Below, one piece after another: positions 26,692 through 37,583 of a DNA stretch of 64,000 nt (position 1 is the stretch's first letter; each line of letters starts with the position of its first letter). The DNA comes from an uncultured Actinomycetes bacterium (GTDB lineage: Bacteria > Actinomycetota > Thermoleophilia > Gaiellales > Gaiellaceae): the NCBI GenBank assembly GCA_963704005.1, contig CAVPGJ010000001.1:240345-304344 (forward strand). The letters run 5' to 3'. The position numbers and the translations under genes were made by a program. A model generated the notes under the pieces. That model worked only from the letters and a program-made list of their open reading frames with translations, ran no database searches and was not told the origin of the DNA.

Positions 26692-26887
26692 CTTCGTCAC
26701 GGGCCTGGTGGTGGCGGCGGGCTCGGCCGCGGGCGCGATTGCCATCGGCCGCCGCGCCGCGCGGCGGCGGGAGCGCGTCGAGCTCTACTTCGGCGACGGC
26801 TCGCTGGTGACGCTCTCCGCAGGCTCCCCCGGAGCCGACCGCCTGCTCGCCTCGGCCCGCCGGCTGCTCGCGACCGCCCGCGCGTGA
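26678..26887 (+). CDS. small hypothetical membrane protein
   Basis: 69 aa with one N-terminal TMS. It overlaps the roadblock gene by 14 nt and pyrE by 4 nt, and has GC3-rich codons. Confidence 0.4.
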   Translation: MRGRSFVTGLVVAAGSAAGAIAIGRRAARRRERVELYFGDGSLVTLSAGSPGADRLLASARRLLATARA

Positions 26888-27432
26888 ACCTCGCCGTCAC
26901 GTTGCGGGAGCACGCCTACCTCGAGGGCGACTTCGTCCTCCGCTCCGGGCGTCGCTCGAGCTACTACCTCGACAAGTTCCGCTTCGAGACCCAACCGGAC
27001 GTCCTGCGCGCGTTGGGAGACGAGCTAGCAAGCGCGGCGCGTGAGCTCGAGCCCGGGGCGGCCCGGCTCGCGTGCCCCGTCCTCGGCGCAGTCGTGCTCG
27101 CCGCCGCGGCGTCGCTGGCCTCCGGTCTCCCCTTCGTGATCATCAGGGACGAGGCGAAGGAGTACGGCACCGCCAAACGCATCGAAGGCTTCTTCGAGCC
27201 CGGCGAGCTGGTCTGTCTGATCGAGGACGTCGTCACCTCCGGCGGCGCCGCGCTCGCGGCCGTGGAGGCTCTGCGCGAGGCGGGCCTCGAGGTGCGGAAC
27301 GCCGTCTGCGTGGTCGACCGGGAGGAGGGCGGGGCGGAGGCGCTCGCCGCCGTCGGAGTGCGCCTGCGGCCGCTGTTCCTCGCCTCCGACCTCGCCGGCG
27401 CCGGTAAAAGCGCCGCAAAGCCGCATGGTTGA
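26884..27432 (+). CDS. pyrE: orotate phosphoribosyltransferase
   Basis: GDFVLRSGRRSSYYLD and the PRPP loop VCLIEDVVTSGGA. Confidence 0.9.
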   Translation: MNLAVTLREHAYLEGDFVLRSGRRSSYYLDKFRFETQPDVLRALGDELASAARELEPGAARLACPVLGAVVLAAAASLASGLPFVIIRDEAKEYGTAKRIEGFFEPGELVCLIEDVVTSGGAALAAVEALREAGLEVRNAVCVVDREEGGAEALAAVGVRLRPLFLASDLAGAGKSAAKPHG

Positions 27433-27498
27433 GCCGAAAGCGCACACCTGTTAGGGTCTTTCGCTGGTGGAACGACAACTGGGAAGAGAGGAGCGAAC

Positions 27499-27813
27499 GT
27501 GACGAAGCAAGAGTTCGTTGACCGCGTGGCGTCGAAGACCGGAGGCTCGAGAAAGGACGCGGCCGAGGCGGTCGACGCCGTGCTCGACTCGATCCAAGAG
27601 ATTCTGACTCAGGGTGGAGAGATCAACTTCACAGGCTTCGGGAAGTTCTCGACTCAGCACCGGAAGGAGCGCCAGGGCGTCAACCCGCGCAACCCGTCCC
27701 AGAAGGTGACGATCCCGGCGGCCACCGTGCCGAAGTTCTCCGCCGGCAGCACGCTCAAGTCGGCCGTCAAGGCCGGCGGCGGTATGGGCGGCGGCATGGG
27801 CGGCGGCTACTAG
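27499..27813 (+). CDS. hup: HU family DNA-binding protein with C-terminal GGGMGGGMGGGY tail
   Basis: MTKQEFVDRVA...INFTGFGKFSTQHRKERQGVNPRNPSQKVTIPAATVPKFSAG. RBS GAGAGGAG lies upstream of the GTG. Confidence 0.9.
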   Translation: MTKQEFVDRVASKTGGSRKDAAEAVDAVLDSIQEILTQGGEINFTGFGKFSTQHRKERQGVNPRNPSQKVTIPAATVPKFSAGSTLKSAVKAGGGMGGGMGGGY

Positions 27814-27842
27814 CCCGCCCGGCAACCGACGAGTTTCGAGCC

Positions 27843-27864
27843 GAGGGCCGCGCAAGCGGCCCTC
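27843..27864 (+). terminator. stem-loop after hup (GAGGGCCGC-GCAA-GCGGCCCTC)
   Basis: Perfect 9-bp stem with a GCAA tetraloop 30 nt after the hup stop. No clear U-tract. A second hairpin follows at ~27877-27903. Confidence 0.5.
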
Positions 27865-27962
27865 GCGTTGGACCGGCCGCACGGGCAAAGCCCGCACGGC
27901 CTCCATGTCGGCGCCGCCAAGTCGGCGCCTGGGCGGCCGCACCGATCGCTAGCCTCTGTCGT

Positions 27963-28880
27963 GTGAGCGCCGAGCCGGCCCTGGCCACCTCGCTGTTCGC
28001 CGACCGGCTGGCCGAGGCGGTCGAGCGGAAGCGCTCCCAGCTGCTCGTCGGGCTCGACCCGCGTCCCGACCTGCTGCCCGTCGAGCTCGTCGGCGATGCG
28101 CAGGTCGACCGGGCTTCCGCCGCCGACGGCTGCGCGCGCTTCTGCCGGGGGATCATCGACTCGGTCGCGCCGCACGTCGTCGGGGTCAAGCCTCAGCTCG
28201 CCTTCTTCGAGGCGCTCGGCTCCGACGGGATCCGCGCGCTGGAGGACGTCTGCGCTTACGCCCGGGCGGCCGGGCTGATCGTGCTCGCGGACGCGAAGCG
28301 CGGGGACATCGGCTCGACCGCGCGCGCCTACGCGGCCGCGTTCCTCGAGCCGCGACCGGGCGCGGCGCCGCTGGCCGACGCGATGACGGTCAACCCGTAC
28401 TTCGGCCGCGACTCGCTCGAGCCGTTTCTCGCGGCCTGCCGGCGCGAGGGCGCGGGGCTCTTCTGCGTGGTCAAGAGCTCGAACGAGGGCGGGGCGGACG
28501 TACAGGACCTGTCGCTCTCGGACGGCCGGCCGCTCTGGCAGAACGTCGCCCGCCTGGTGCACGAGCTCGGCCAGGAGCTGACCGGGACGCGCGGCCTCTC
28601 GAGCGTCGGTGCGGTCGTCGGCGCGACGCATCCGCGGGCGGTCGGGGAGGCGCGCCGGCTGATGCCGCAGGCGGTCCTGCTGCTACCCGGCGTCGGCGCG
28701 CAGGGCGCGACGCCTGCCGATCTCGCCCGCGCCTTCACGAGCGGCCCGGCGAGCGCGCTCGTCAGCGCCTCGCGGAGCGTGCTCTACGCCTTCCGCGCGA
28801 GCGGCGAGGACTGGCGCACGGCCGCCGCCGCCGAGGCGGCCAGGCTGCGGCGCGAGGTCTGGGCCGTCTCCGGCTGGTAA
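27963..28880 (+). CDS. pyrF: orotidine 5'-phosphate decarboxylase (type 2, long form)
   Basis: LLVGLDPRPDLLP...VKPQLAFFEALG...VLADAKRGDIGSTA...LLPGVGAQG. Confidence 0.9.
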   Translation: MSAEPALATSLFADRLAEAVERKRSQLLVGLDPRPDLLPVELVGDAQVDRASAADGCARFCRGIIDSVAPHVVGVKPQLAFFEALGSDGIRALEDVCAYARAAGLIVLADAKRGDIGSTARAYAAAFLEPRPGAAPLADAMTVNPYFGRDSLEPFLAACRREGAGLFCVVKSSNEGGADVQDLSLSDGRPLWQNVARLVHELGQELTGTRGLSSVGAVVGATHPRAVGEARRLMPQAVLLLPGVGAQGATPADLARAFTSGPASALVSASRSVLYAFRASGEDWRTAAAAEAARLRREVWAVSGW

Positions 28881-29195
28881 GTGGAGCGAGGTTGGCGGGC
28901 CGAGGTCAAGCGCTACGGCGCGCCTGCCGCCTTCCTGCTCGCGGTCACGATCGCCGTCCTGCTCGTCCGGTCGGGTTTGCGCCAGGACTCGGCGACCACG
29001 CCTGTCACGACCAGCGTGCGGACGACGACCACGACACCGGCCGCCCGCCGCCCGCGCTACTACAAGCTCCGCGCCGGCGAGACGCTCAGCGACGTCGCCG
29101 TCCGCTTCGACACGACTGTCGACCGGCTGCTCGCGCTCAACCCGCATGTCAAGCCGACCGCCCTGATCGTCGGCCAGCGCATTCGCGTCCACTGA
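28881..29195 (+). CDS. LysM domain membrane-anchored protein
   Basis: One TMS, a Thr-rich linker, and a LysM motif YYKLRAGETLSDVAVRFDTTVDRLLALNP...GQRIRV. Confidence 0.8.
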   Translation: MERGWRAEVKRYGAPAAFLLAVTIAVLLVRSGLRQDSATTPVTTSVRTTTTTPAARRPRYYKLRAGETLSDVAVRFDTTVDRLLALNPHVKPTALIVGQRIRVH

Positions 29196-29243
29196 GCTGC
29201 CGGGGACGGTCACAAGGGACGGTCCCCGGTAGATTGCTCCTTC

Positions 29244-30365
29244 GTGAAGTGCCGCCTCTTGGCGCCGGTGATCGTGGCGCTGGCGCTCGTCCCTCCGGTG
29301 CTCGGTGCGCCGCCGCAGGTGGCCGGCCGGGCCTGGCTGGTCGAGAACGGCGCCACCGGCCAGGTGCTGCTCGCTCACAACGCGTACCGGCCGGTCCCGA
29401 TCGCGAGCCTGACGAAGCTGATGACCATCCTGCTGACGCTCGAGCACACGCACCTTGACGACGTCGTCACCGTCAGCCGTGACGCCGCGGAGGCCCAGGA
29501 CTCGACGGTCACGCTCCGGGCGGGCGAGCGGCTGACCGTGCGCGAGCTGCTCGAGGCCGCGCTGATCGCCAGCGCCAACGACGCCGCCGACGCGCTCGCG
29601 TCCTACGTCGGCCACGGGAGCGAGGCGAGCTTCGTGGCGATGATGAACGCGCGGGCAAAGCAGCTCGGCCTGCGCGAGTCGCACTTCGTCAGGCCCGACG
29701 GCCTCGACGCGCCCGGCCATCTCTCGAGCGCGCACGACGTCACCTTCCTGGCGCGACTGCTGATGCATCACGCGATCGTCCGCCGGATCGTCCGGATGCG
29801 GGTCGCGACAATCTCGGACGGCCACGTCCTGCACACCTGGAACGACCTGCTCTACAGCTATCCGGGGATCTTCGGGGTCAAGACGGGCCACACCTCGGGA
29901 GCCGGCTGGAACGAGGTCGCGGCTGCGCACCGGCGCGGCGTCTCGATCTACGCCACCCTCCTCGGGAGCCCCGACCGCTCGACGAGGAACGCCGACCTGG
30001 TCAAGCTGCTCGACTGGGGCTTCTCCCGCTTCGTCGCCGTCCAGCCGGTGGTGAAGGGCCACGCCTACGCGAGCGCCCTGCTCGGCTACGGCCACCGGCC
30101 GCTCGAGCTCGTCGCCGCCGCGACGCCGAGGCTGGTCGTGCCCATCAGCCGCCCGCTCGTCCGGCGAGTGGTCTTTCCGGACGTGGTCTCGCTGCCCGTG
30201 GCCCAGGGACAGTCCCTGGGCCAGGTCCGCGTCTACCAGGGCGGGCGCCTGCTCGCCGCCGTGCCGCTCATCGCCTCGCGCTCGTCCTCGCGCCCGGGAG
30301 TGGCCGGCCGCGTGGGCTGGTACGCGACACGTACCCTGCACCACATGGCCGGGTGGTTCTCCTGA
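29244..30365 (+). CDS. D-alanyl-D-alanine carboxypeptidase (S11, PBP5-like)
   Basis: Signal peptide, SxxK (ASLTKLMT), SAN (IASAND) and KTGHT motifs. Confidence 0.85.
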   Translation: MKCRLLAPVIVALALVPPVLGAPPQVAGRAWLVENGATGQVLLAHNAYRPVPIASLTKLMTILLTLEHTHLDDVVTVSRDAAEAQDSTVTLRAGERLTVRELLEAALIASANDAADALASYVGHGSEASFVAMMNARAKQLGLRESHFVRPDGLDAPGHLSSAHDVTFLARLLMHHAIVRRIVRMRVATISDGHVLHTWNDLLYSYPGIFGVKTGHTSGAGWNEVAAAHRRGVSIYATLLGSPDRSTRNADLVKLLDWGFSRFVAVQPVVKGHAYASALLGYGHRPLELVAAATPRLVVPISRPLVRRVVFPDVVSLPVAQGQSLGQVRVYQGGRLLAAVPLIASRSSSRPGVAGRVGWYATRTLHHMAGWFS

Positions 30366-31315
30366 TCGTCACGGTCACCATGAACGCGGCGATCGACCGG
30401 ACGCTGACGGTTCCGAACTTCCAGCGCGGCCAGCGCCACCGCGCCAGCCAGGGCCTGACCCTCGCGGGCGGCAAGGGGATCAACATCGCCCGCGCGCTGA
30501 AGCGGCTCGGCGCGCCGGTTGTCGCGACGGGGCTCGCGGGCGGGAAGACCGGCACGCGCATCGTCGAGGAGCTGACCGCGGAGGCGATCCTGAACGACTT
30601 CGTCCGCATCGAGGACGAGTCGCGCACATCGACGGCGATCGTCGACCCGACCGGCGGCAGCTTCACCGAGGTCAACGAGTGGGGACCGCACGTCGAGCCC
30701 GAGGAGCTGGAGATCCTGTTCGAGAAGCTCGTCTACCTCTCGCGCGGCGCCCAGTACGTCGTCTTCGCAGGCTCGCTCCCGCGCGGCGTCGACGACGGCT
30801 TCTATGCCGACGCGATCCGCGACCTGAATCGGCGCGGCGTCCTGACCGTCCTCGACTGCGACGGCGAGCCGCTGCGCCTCGGCACCCAGGCGGAACCGTT
30901 CCTGGTCTCGCCGAACGAGCGCGAGGCGGAGAGCCTCGTCGGCCAGGAGTTCCACGACGACGAGGACTTCCTCGACGGACTGGAGGCGATCGCCGAGCTC
31001 GGCGCGCGCAACGTGCTGATCACCGGCGAGTCGGGCTGCTGGGGGCTTCTGCGCTCCGAACGCTCGCCGCGGCGCTATCGCGCTGTCGCGCCCCGGCTCG
31101 ACCCGGTCTCGGCGGTCGGCTCCGGCGACGTTCTGCTCGCGGCCTTCGTCGCAGCGCGGCTCGAGCAGCGCTCGGACGAGGAGGCGCTGCGGGCTGCGGT
31201 CGCCACCGGCGCCGCGGCGACGCTCGAGCTCGGCGCTGGCCGCTTTGACCCACGGGAAGCCGGGCGCCTGGTCGCGAGCATCGAGGTCGCGCAGCTCGAG
31301 CCCGCGCGACGCTAA
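30353..31315 (+). CDS. 1-phosphofructokinase family hexose kinase (PfkB)
   Basis: [23 protein letters not shown] and C-terminal [10 protein letters not shown].. motifs. Confidence 0.85.
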   Translation: MVLLIVTVTMNAAIDRTLTVPNFQRGQRHRASQGLTLAGGKGINIARALKRLGAPVVATGLAGGKTGTRIVEELTAEAILNDFVRIEDESRTSTAIVDPTGGSFTEVNEWGPHVEPEELEILFEKLVYLSRGAQYVVFAGSLPRGVDDGFYADAIRDLNRRGVLTVLDCDGEPLRLGTQAEPFLVSPNEREAESLVGQEFHDDEDFLDGLEAIAELGARNVLITGESGCWGLLRSERSPRRYRAVAPRLDPVSAVGSGDVLLAAFVAARLEQRSDEEALRAAVATGAAATLELGAGRFDPREAGRLVASIEVAQLEPARR

Positions 31316-31350
31316 AGACCGGCTGCCGCCCGGCCGATAACCGGGAGGCG

Positions 31351-32844
31351 ATGATTCGCCGGGCCCTGCCCATGGCCCTTTCTGCGGCCGCGCTCCTCGT
31401 TGCCATCCTCGGCGTGACGCCGCTCGGCGGCGCAGCCGTGCAGAACGTCACCAAGGTCGCGCTCTACGCGAAGAACGCCGGCAAGGTCGGAAAGATCGCG
31501 GCCTCGAAGAAGCCGAAGGCCGGCAAGCTCTTCCCGCTCGGCAAGGGCGGGAAGTTCCCGAAGTCCGTGTTGCCGAACGGTGGCGCCGGCCCGCCCGGCG
31601 CGGAGGGGCCGCAGGGACCCGCCGGCCCCGCCGGCCCGCAGGGAGCCCCGGGCCTGCGCGGCTACACCGGCCTGCGCGGCTCGACCGGCCCCGCCGGCGC
31701 CCAGGGCCCGACCGGCCCGCAGGGGCCTGTCGGCGCGCCCGGCGGCTTCGGGCTGCTCAACCTCGGCCGCAGCACGCTCGTCCGCAAGACGCTCGCGGTC
31801 GGAGGCGACTACTCGTCGGCCGTGTCCGGCGCTGACGGCCTCCCGCTCGTCGTGCTCGACGACTCGACCAACGTCGTCCTCGACGCCGTCCACTGCGCCG
31901 ACTCCGCCTGCGCCTCGAAGACGACCACGCCGCTCGACTCCGGCCACGCCTATTACTTCCCGTCGGTCACGGTCGGCGCCGACGGCCTCGGCCTCGCCGT
32001 CTTCGTCGACCATTCGACTCACGGGCTCAGGGCGGTCCACTGCACCAACGTCGCCTGCACGTCGTTCACGCCCGCGACGACGCTCGACTCGAGCGGCAAC
32101 GTCGGCGACGGTCAGACCTCGGTCACGGTCGGCGCCGACGGGCTCCCGCTGATCAGCTACTACGACTCGGCGAACGGCAACCTGGAAGTCGCCCACTGCG
32201 CGAACACAGCCTGCTCGTCGGCGAGCCAGACGGCGGTGGACAGCGCGGGCGACGTCGGCTCGGGCTCCTCGATCGCGATCGGCGCGGACGGCTTCGGGCT
32301 CGTCTCCTATCGCGACGCGACGAACGGCCACCTGAAGGTGGCGCACTGCACGAACCTCGCCTGCACGTCGGCCACCGCGACGACGGTCGACAGCGGGACC
32401 TCGGTTGGCGGGGACACCTCCCTGACGATCGGCGCCGACGGGCTCGGACTGGTCGGCTACTTCGACAACGGCAACGCCGACCTGAAGGTCGCCCACTGCT
32501 CCAACGCCGACTGCTCGAGCGCGACGGTGACCACCCTCGACTCGACGGGCCTCGTCGGCGAGTACTCCTCGGCGACGGTCGGGGCGGACAACCTCGCCGT
32601 GATCAGCTACTACGACCACACCGGCGCCAACCTCGACCTCAAGGTCGCCCACTGCGCGAACGTCACGTGCACGGCGGCGACGACCACGACCGTGGACAGC
32701 GTTGGCGACGTCGGCTGGGGCTCGTCGATCACGGTCGGCTCGGACGGCCTGCCCTTCGTCACCTACCGCGACATCACCAACAGCGCGGTCGTCTCGACGC
32801 ACTGCCCGAACGCGTTCTGCGTGCCCTACTTCCGCCGAAGGTAG
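31351..32844 (+). CDS. secreted collagen-like repeat protein fused to 7 tandem ~49-aa Cys-pair repeats (putative beta-propeller)
   Basis: RBS GGGAGG. The leader [29 protein letters not shown] is paralogous to that of 14438. About 19 G-X-Y triplets span ~31579-31749. Seven units of the form TxDSxGxVGxxSSxxxGADGLxLVSYxDxxNxxLKVAHCxNxxCxS follow (~31798-32841). Confidence 0.8.
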   Translation: MIRRALPMALSAAALLVAILGVTPLGGAAVQNVTKVALYAKNAGKVGKIAASKKPKAGKLFPLGKGGKFPKSVLPNGGAGPPGAEGPQGPAGPAGPQGAPGLRGYTGLRGSTGPAGAQGPTGPQGPVGAPGGFGLLNLGRSTLVRKTLAVGGDYSSAVSGADGLPLVVLDDSTNVVLDAVHCADSACASKTTTPLDSGHAYYFPSVTVGADGLGLAVFVDHSTHGLRAVHCTNVACTSFTPATTLDSSGNVGDGQTSVTVGADGLPLISYYDSANGNLEVAHCANTACSSASQTAVDSAGDVGSGSSIAIGADGFGLVSYRDATNGHLKVAHCTNLACTSATATTVDSGTSVGGDTSLTIGADGLGLVGYFDNGNADLKVAHCSNADCSSATVTTLDSTGLVGEYSSATVGADNLAVISYYDHTGANLDLKVAHCANVTCTAATTTTVDSVGDVGWGSSITVGSDGLPFVTYRDITNSAVVSTHCPNAFCVPYFRRR

Positions 32845-32901
32845 GACCCGTCCAGGGGCGGTGCTACGATCGCCGTCCACCTTGAGACACCTCGGCAGCT
32901 A

Positions 32902-34059
32902 GTGGAAATAGAGATCGGGCTCGGGAAAAAGGCGCGCCAGGCCTACGGGTTCGACGACGTCGCCATCGTGCCCTCGCGGCGGACGCGGGACCCGCAGGAC
33001 GTCGACATCGGCTGGAAGCTCGGGCCGCACCTGCTGGAGCTGCCGCTGCTGGCCTCGGCGATGGACGGCGTCGTCTCGCCGCAGACCGCGATCGCGCTCG
33101 GCAAGCTCGGCGGCCTTGGCGTGCTCAACCTCGAGGGGATCTTCACGCGCTACCAGAACGCCGACCGCGAGCTCGACAAGATCGCGAAGCTGCCGAAGGA
33201 GCGCGCGACGGCCGGCATGCAGAAGATCTACGAGGCGCCGGTCGACCCGAAGCTGATCGCGGCGCGGATCCGCGAGATCAAGAAGGCGGGGGTTCTGGCG
33301 GCCGGCTCGCTGACCCCGCAGCGCGTGCGCGACCACTACGAGGCGGCCATCGGCGCGGGCCTCGACATCCTGGTCATCCAGGGCACCGTCGTCTCGGCCG
33401 AGCACGTGTCGTCGAACGGCCAGGCGCTCAACCTGAAGGAGTTCATCGCATCGCTGCCGGTCCCGGTGCTCGTCGGCGGCTGCGCCTCGTACCAGACGGC
33501 CCTGCACCTGATGCGGACCGGGGCGGAGGGCGTGCTCGTCGGCGTCGGGCCCGGTCAGGCGTGCACGACGCGCGGGGTGCTCGGCGTCGGCGTGCCGCAG
33601 GCGACCGCCATTGCCGACGCGACGGCTGCGCGGGTGCAGCATCTGCTCGAGACCGGCAAGTACGTGAACGTGATCGCCGACGGCGGCATGCGCACCGGCG
33701 GGGACATCGCCAAGGCGATCGCCTGCGGCGCGGACGCGGTGATGGTCGGCTCGCCGCTGGCCCGGGCGAAGGAGGCGCCGGGCCGCGGTTTCCACTGGGG
33801 CATGGCGACCTTCCACCCGACCCTGCCGCGCGGCGCGCGGGTGGCGGTCGAGCAGAACGCGACGCTGGAGCAGATCGTGATCGGCCCGGCGACGGAGAAC
33901 GACGGGACGTTGAACCTGATGGGCGCGCTGCGCACCTCGATGGCGACCTGCGGCTACGAGTCGATCCACGACTTCCAGAAGGCCGAGGTGATGCTCGCGC
34001 CGGCGATCAAGACCGAGGGCAAGTCGCTGCAGCAGGCCCAACGGGTCGGGATGGGGTAG
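32902..34059 (+). CDS. guaB3: GuaB3 family IMP dehydrogenase-related protein (no CBS pair)
   Basis: [30 protein letters not shown]...; IMPDH TIM-barrel motifs are present, but there is no CBS insertion. Confidence 0.85.
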   Translation: MEIEIGLGKKARQAYGFDDVAIVPSRRTRDPQDVDIGWKLGPHLLELPLLASAMDGVVSPQTAIALGKLGGLGVLNLEGIFTRYQNADRELDKIAKLPKERATAGMQKIYEAPVDPKLIAARIREIKKAGVLAAGSLTPQRVRDHYEAAIGAGLDILVIQGTVVSAEHVSSNGQALNLKEFIASLPVPVLVGGCASYQTALHLMRTGAEGVLVGVGPGQACTTRGVLGVGVPQATAIADATAARVQHLLETGKYVNVIADGGMRTGGDIAKAIACGADAVMVGSPLARAKEAPGRGFHWGMATFHPTLPRGARVAVEQNATLEQIVIGPATENDGTLNLMGALRTSMATCGYESIHDFQKAEVMLAPAIKTEGKSLQQAQRVGMG

Positions 34060-35636
34060 TGGGCGAGGTCGTCCCTCTTCCGGTCGCGGAGGCAGGCCCG
34101 GAAGAGCGGCCGGTGCTGGTGCTGGACCTCGGTGGGCAGTACGCCCAGCTGATCGCGCGGCGGGTGCGGGAGGCACGGGTCTACTCGGAGCTCGTGCCCT
34201 TCGGGATCACCGCGGCCGAGGCGCGGGCGCGGCGGCCGCGGGCGCTGGTGCTGTCGGGCGGGCCGGCGTCCGTCTACGCGGAGGGCGCGCCGCGGGTCGA
34301 TCCCGAGCTCTTCTCCCTGGGCGTGCCGACGCTCGGCATCTGCTACGGCATGCAGCTGATGGCGCAGGAGCTCGGCGGCGCGGTCGATCGGACCGGCGTC
34401 TCGGAGTTCGGAAAGACCGAGGTGCGCGCCGAGCCCGACAGCGAGCTCTTCGCCGGGCTGCCCGAGGAGCAGACCGGCTGGATGAGCCACCGGGACTCGG
34501 TCACGGCCGCGCCGGCCGGAGCGCGCGTGACGGCCGGCTCGCCGTCGGCGCCGATCGCGGCCTTCGAGGACCCGGAGCGGCGGCTCTACGGCGTGCAGTT
34601 CCACCCGGAGGTCGTGCACACCCCGCACGGGCAGGAGCTCCTGAAGAACTTCCTCTACGCCGTCGCCGACGCGCCGCCGACGTGGACGGCGGCCGCCGTG
34701 ATCGAGGAGCAGGTCGAGCGGATCCGCGCGCAGGTCGGCTCGGATCGGGTGCTGTGCGCGCTGTCGGGCGGGGTGGACTCCGCGGTCGCGGCGCTGCTCG
34801 TGCACAAAGCCGTCGGCGACCAGCTCGTCTGCGTCTTCGTCGACCACGGGTTCCTCCGGAAGGACGAGGCGGCGGAGGTCGTCGAGACCTTCGAGGGTCA
34901 CTTCCACGTGCCGTTGGTGCACGTCTCGGCCGAGGAGCGGTTTCTCGCGCGCCTGGAAGGCGTGTCGGATCCCGAGGAGAAGCGCAAGGCGATCGGCGAG
35001 GAGTTCATCCGCGTCTTCGAGCAGGAGTCGGACCGGCTCGGGAAGATCAGGCACCTCGTCCAGGGGACGCTCTACTCGGACGTGATCGAGTCGGGCGGCG
35101 ACGCCTCGGTCGCGGCCACGATCAAGTCGCACCACAACGTCGGCGGCCTGCCCGAGGAGATGGACATGGAGCTGGTCGAGCCGCTGCGCCTGCTGTTCAA
35201 GGACGAGGTGCGGCGGGTCGGCGAGGAGCTCGGCCTGCCGGAGCGGATGGTCTGGCGGCAGCCGTTTCCCGGGCCGGGCCTCGCGATCCGGATCATCGGC
35301 GAGGTCACGCGGGAGCGGCTCGAGATCCTGCGGGAGGCCGACTCGATCCTGCTGGAGGAGGTGCGGCGGGCCGGGCTCTACCGCGAGCTATGGCAGTCGT
35401 TCGCGGTGCTGCCGGCGATCCGGTCGGTCGGCGTCCAGGGCGACGAGCGGACGTACGGCTACCCGGTTGTGGTCCGGGCGGTCACGAGCGACGACGCGAT
35501 GACCGCCGACTGGGCGCGGCTGCCCTACGACCTGCTGGAGACGATCTCGTCGCGGATCGTCAACGAGGTCCCGGCGGTCAACCGGGTCGTGCTCGACATC
35601 ACGTCGAAGCCACCTTCGACGATCGAATGGGAATAG
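34059..35636 (+). CDS. guaA: GMP synthase (glutamine-hydrolysing)
   Basis: GTG 34059 overlaps the guaB3 stop. GATase [11 protein letters not shown], the ATP-PPase loop SGGVDSAV, and C-terminal KPPSTIEWE. Confidence 0.92.
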   Translation: MGEVVPLPVAEAGPEERPVLVLDLGGQYAQLIARRVREARVYSELVPFGITAAEARARRPRALVLSGGPASVYAEGAPRVDPELFSLGVPTLGICYGMQLMAQELGGAVDRTGVSEFGKTEVRAEPDSELFAGLPEEQTGWMSHRDSVTAAPAGARVTAGSPSAPIAAFEDPERRLYGVQFHPEVVHTPHGQELLKNFLYAVADAPPTWTAAAVIEEQVERIRAQVGSDRVLCALSGGVDSAVAALLVHKAVGDQLVCVFVDHGFLRKDEAAEVVETFEGHFHVPLVHVSAEERFLARLEGVSDPEEKRKAIGEEFIRVFEQESDRLGKIRHLVQGTLYSDVIESGGDASVAATIKSHHNVGGLPEEMDMELVEPLRLLFKDEVRRVGEELGLPERMVWRQPFPGPGLAIRIIGEVTRERLEILREADSILLEEVRRAGLYRELWQSFAVLPAIRSVGVQGDERTYGYPVVVRAVTSDDAMTADWARLPYDLLETISSRIVNEVPAVNRVVLDITSKPPSTIEWE

Positions 35637-35637
35637 C

Positions 35638-35973
35638 TCAGCGGCGCCTGGCGGCCGCGACCAGCCCCGCGGCGAGGCCGAACGCCGCCGCGACCACGAC
35701 TGGCCGCAGGTCGATGATCGGGTGGAAGCGCGTCTGCGAGCCGCGCAGCTCGATGTAGCCGACCGGCCAGGCCGATCCGCCGCCTCCGCCGCCCTCGCCT
35801 CCGGCATCCGCCGGGCCCGAGCCCGAGCCGCCGCCGAAGCCCCAGGCCGCGCGCGAGACCGGAATCACCGTCACCTCGCCCCGCTCGACCGGCTCGCCGA
35901 ACAGCGTCGCCGCCCCAAAGCTCTCACCGACTCGCTGCGCCAGCCGCTCCACAAACGTCTGCTCCGCCTCCAT
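35638..35973 (-). CDS. GerW/YtfJ family protein
   Basis: ATG 35971-35973 is preceded by GAGGAGG. ...FGEPVERGEVTVIPVSRAAWGFGGGSG...PVGYIEL. Confidence 0.65.
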   Translation of the reverse strand: MEAEQTFVERLAQRVGESFGAATLFGEPVERGEVTVIPVSRAAWGFGGGSGSGPADAGGEGGGGGGSAWPVGYIELRGSQTRFHPIIDLRPVVVAAAFGLAAGLVAAARRR

Positions 35974-36005
35974 CGTGCACCTCCTCGTCACCGTTTCGTG
36001 CCAGC

Positions 36006-37055
36006 CTAGTCGGCGTGGGCGCTGTAGGCGGGGTACCGCCGACGCACCTCGTCCACGTACGCGCTCAAACGCCCCGCGAGCTCGGCGTCCGGGATCTCGA
36101 GCACGTTCTCCGCGTTCTGCTCGCCCGAGTGCGAGAGGTTGAACGACCCGACGAAGACCACGTCATCGGCCACCACGAGCTTCGCGTGCATGAAGTCGTG
36201 CAGGCTGCCCGGCGCCCACGGCGTCGAGTTCTTACCGGAGAACTCGCCCGCCATTACCTGCTCGAGCAGCGGCAGCTTCCATGACACGGCCCCCTCCACC
36301 TGCCACTGGCGGATCACCTCGTCGACCTGCGTCGCGTCCACGCAGCCCGCGATGTCGCCGTGCCCGTCCGCGATCCGCTGCGCGAGCGTCGCGAGCACCG
36401 GGGCCGAGGTGATCACCGGCGAGCAGATCCGCACCCGCTGCGCGTGCCCGATCTTCTTCGCGAGCCGGTGCGTCAGCGCGTCCGCGAACCCCGGCGTGAA
36501 CCACGGCCGCACGCGCAGCCCGTCCACCTCGACCGGCCGCGGCTCGACGAAGCCGCTGTGCTCGACGTCGCCGTCCTTCCACAGCTGCTCGAAGTCGAGC
36601 GCGAACGCGTGCGCGAGCTCCTCCGACGCGACGGTGACGAGCACGTTCTCCTGACGCGACCAGGAGTCGTCGGTCCAGTTCGTCGAGCCGCTGAGCACCG
36701 CCTCGCCGTCGCGGACGACGAACTTGTGGTGCATCAGGTCCGGGACCCCCGCGATCGCCTTCGCCGGCACGCCCAGCGACGAGATCAGGGCCACGTCGGG
36801 CTCGGGCGGCGGCGGCACCGGGATCGGCCGCGCCGAGTCGACGTTGTAGAGGATCCGCACGGCCACGCCGCGCGCATGGGCGTCCTTGAGCGCGCCGGCC
36901 ACGAGGGCCGCCGTCTCCGGCTTGAGGTTGAAGTCGTACTGCGCCAGGTCGAGCGAGCGCCGCGCCTCGCCGAGGAACCCGGCCACGAGCTGCGCGACCT
37001 CCAGCGCCGGCTGGCCGCCGTCAGTCAGAGTGCGGATGCTGATGGAAGAGCTCAT
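36006..37055 (-). CDS. phospholipase D-like (two HKD motifs) protein
   Basis: [20 protein letters not shown] and [20 protein letters not shown]. Start is ATG 37055 or TTG 37094. Confidence 0.8.
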   Translation of the reverse strand: MSSSISIRTLTDGGQPALEVAQLVAGFLGEARRSLDLAQYDFNLKPETAALVAGALKDAHARGVAVRILYNVDSARPIPVPPPPEPDVALISSLGVPAKAIAGVPDLMHHKFVVRDGEAVLSGSTNWTDDSWSRQENVLVTVASEELAHAFALDFEQLWKDGDVEHSGFVEPRPVEVDGLRVRPWFTPGFADALTHRLAKKIGHAQRVRICSPVITSAPVLATLAQRIADGHGDIAGCVDATQVDEVIRQWQVEGAVSWKLPLLEQVMAGEFSGKNSTPWAPGSLHDFMHAKLVVADDVVFVGSFNLSHSGEQNAENVLEIPDAELAGRLSAYVDEVRRRYPAYSAHAD

Positions 37056-37569
37056 CGAGCGGCTCGCGCGCGCCGAGATCGGCGCCACCTTCAACTTCTA
37101 TCGTGACGGGGACGGCGCGTCAGCGCGCAGGGAGCGGCTGCGCGCCTACCTCGAGGCACGGCAGGACGCGCCGCTGCTGCTCGTCGGCGAGGCGGCCGGC
37201 TACCGCGGCGCCCGCGTCTCCGGGATCCCGTTCACGTCCGAGCGCCAGCTCACCGGCCGCGGCCCCGCCGAGGCGAGCGCGACGATCGTGCACCGCGTCC
37301 TCGCCGAGCTCGGGCTCGAGGAGAGCGTGCTGCTCTGGAACGTTGTCCCCACCCACCCAGGCAGTTCGACCTCGAACCGGCCGCCGCGGGCCGTCGAGAT
37401 CGAGGCCGGGCTTCCCTTTGCGCTGGAGCTGGCGCGGGGCCGCCTCGTCCTCGCCGTCGGGCGCTGCGCGGAGGCAGCGCTCGGCGCCCCGTACGTGCGC
37501 CACCCGAGCCACGGCGGCGCGGCGGAATTCCGGGCCGGGCTGCTACGATTCCGCCCCGGCGGACGGTGA
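37036..37569 (+). CDS. uracil-DNA glycosylase superfamily protein
   Basis: ATG 37036 inside ORF 36886..37569. ...[23 protein letters not shown]...[10 protein letters not shown]...HPSHGG. Its 5' end overlaps the divergent PLD gene. Confidence 0.7.
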   Translation: MLMEELIERLARAEIGATFNFYRDGDGASARRERLRAYLEARQDAPLLLVGEAAGYRGARVSGIPFTSERQLTGRGPAEASATIVHRVLAELGLEESVLLWNVVPTHPGSSTSNRPPRAVEIEAGLPFALELARGRLVLAVGRCAEAALGAPYVRHPSHGGAAEFRAGLLRFRPGGR

Positions 37570-37583
37570 GTTCGCCGCTTTTT

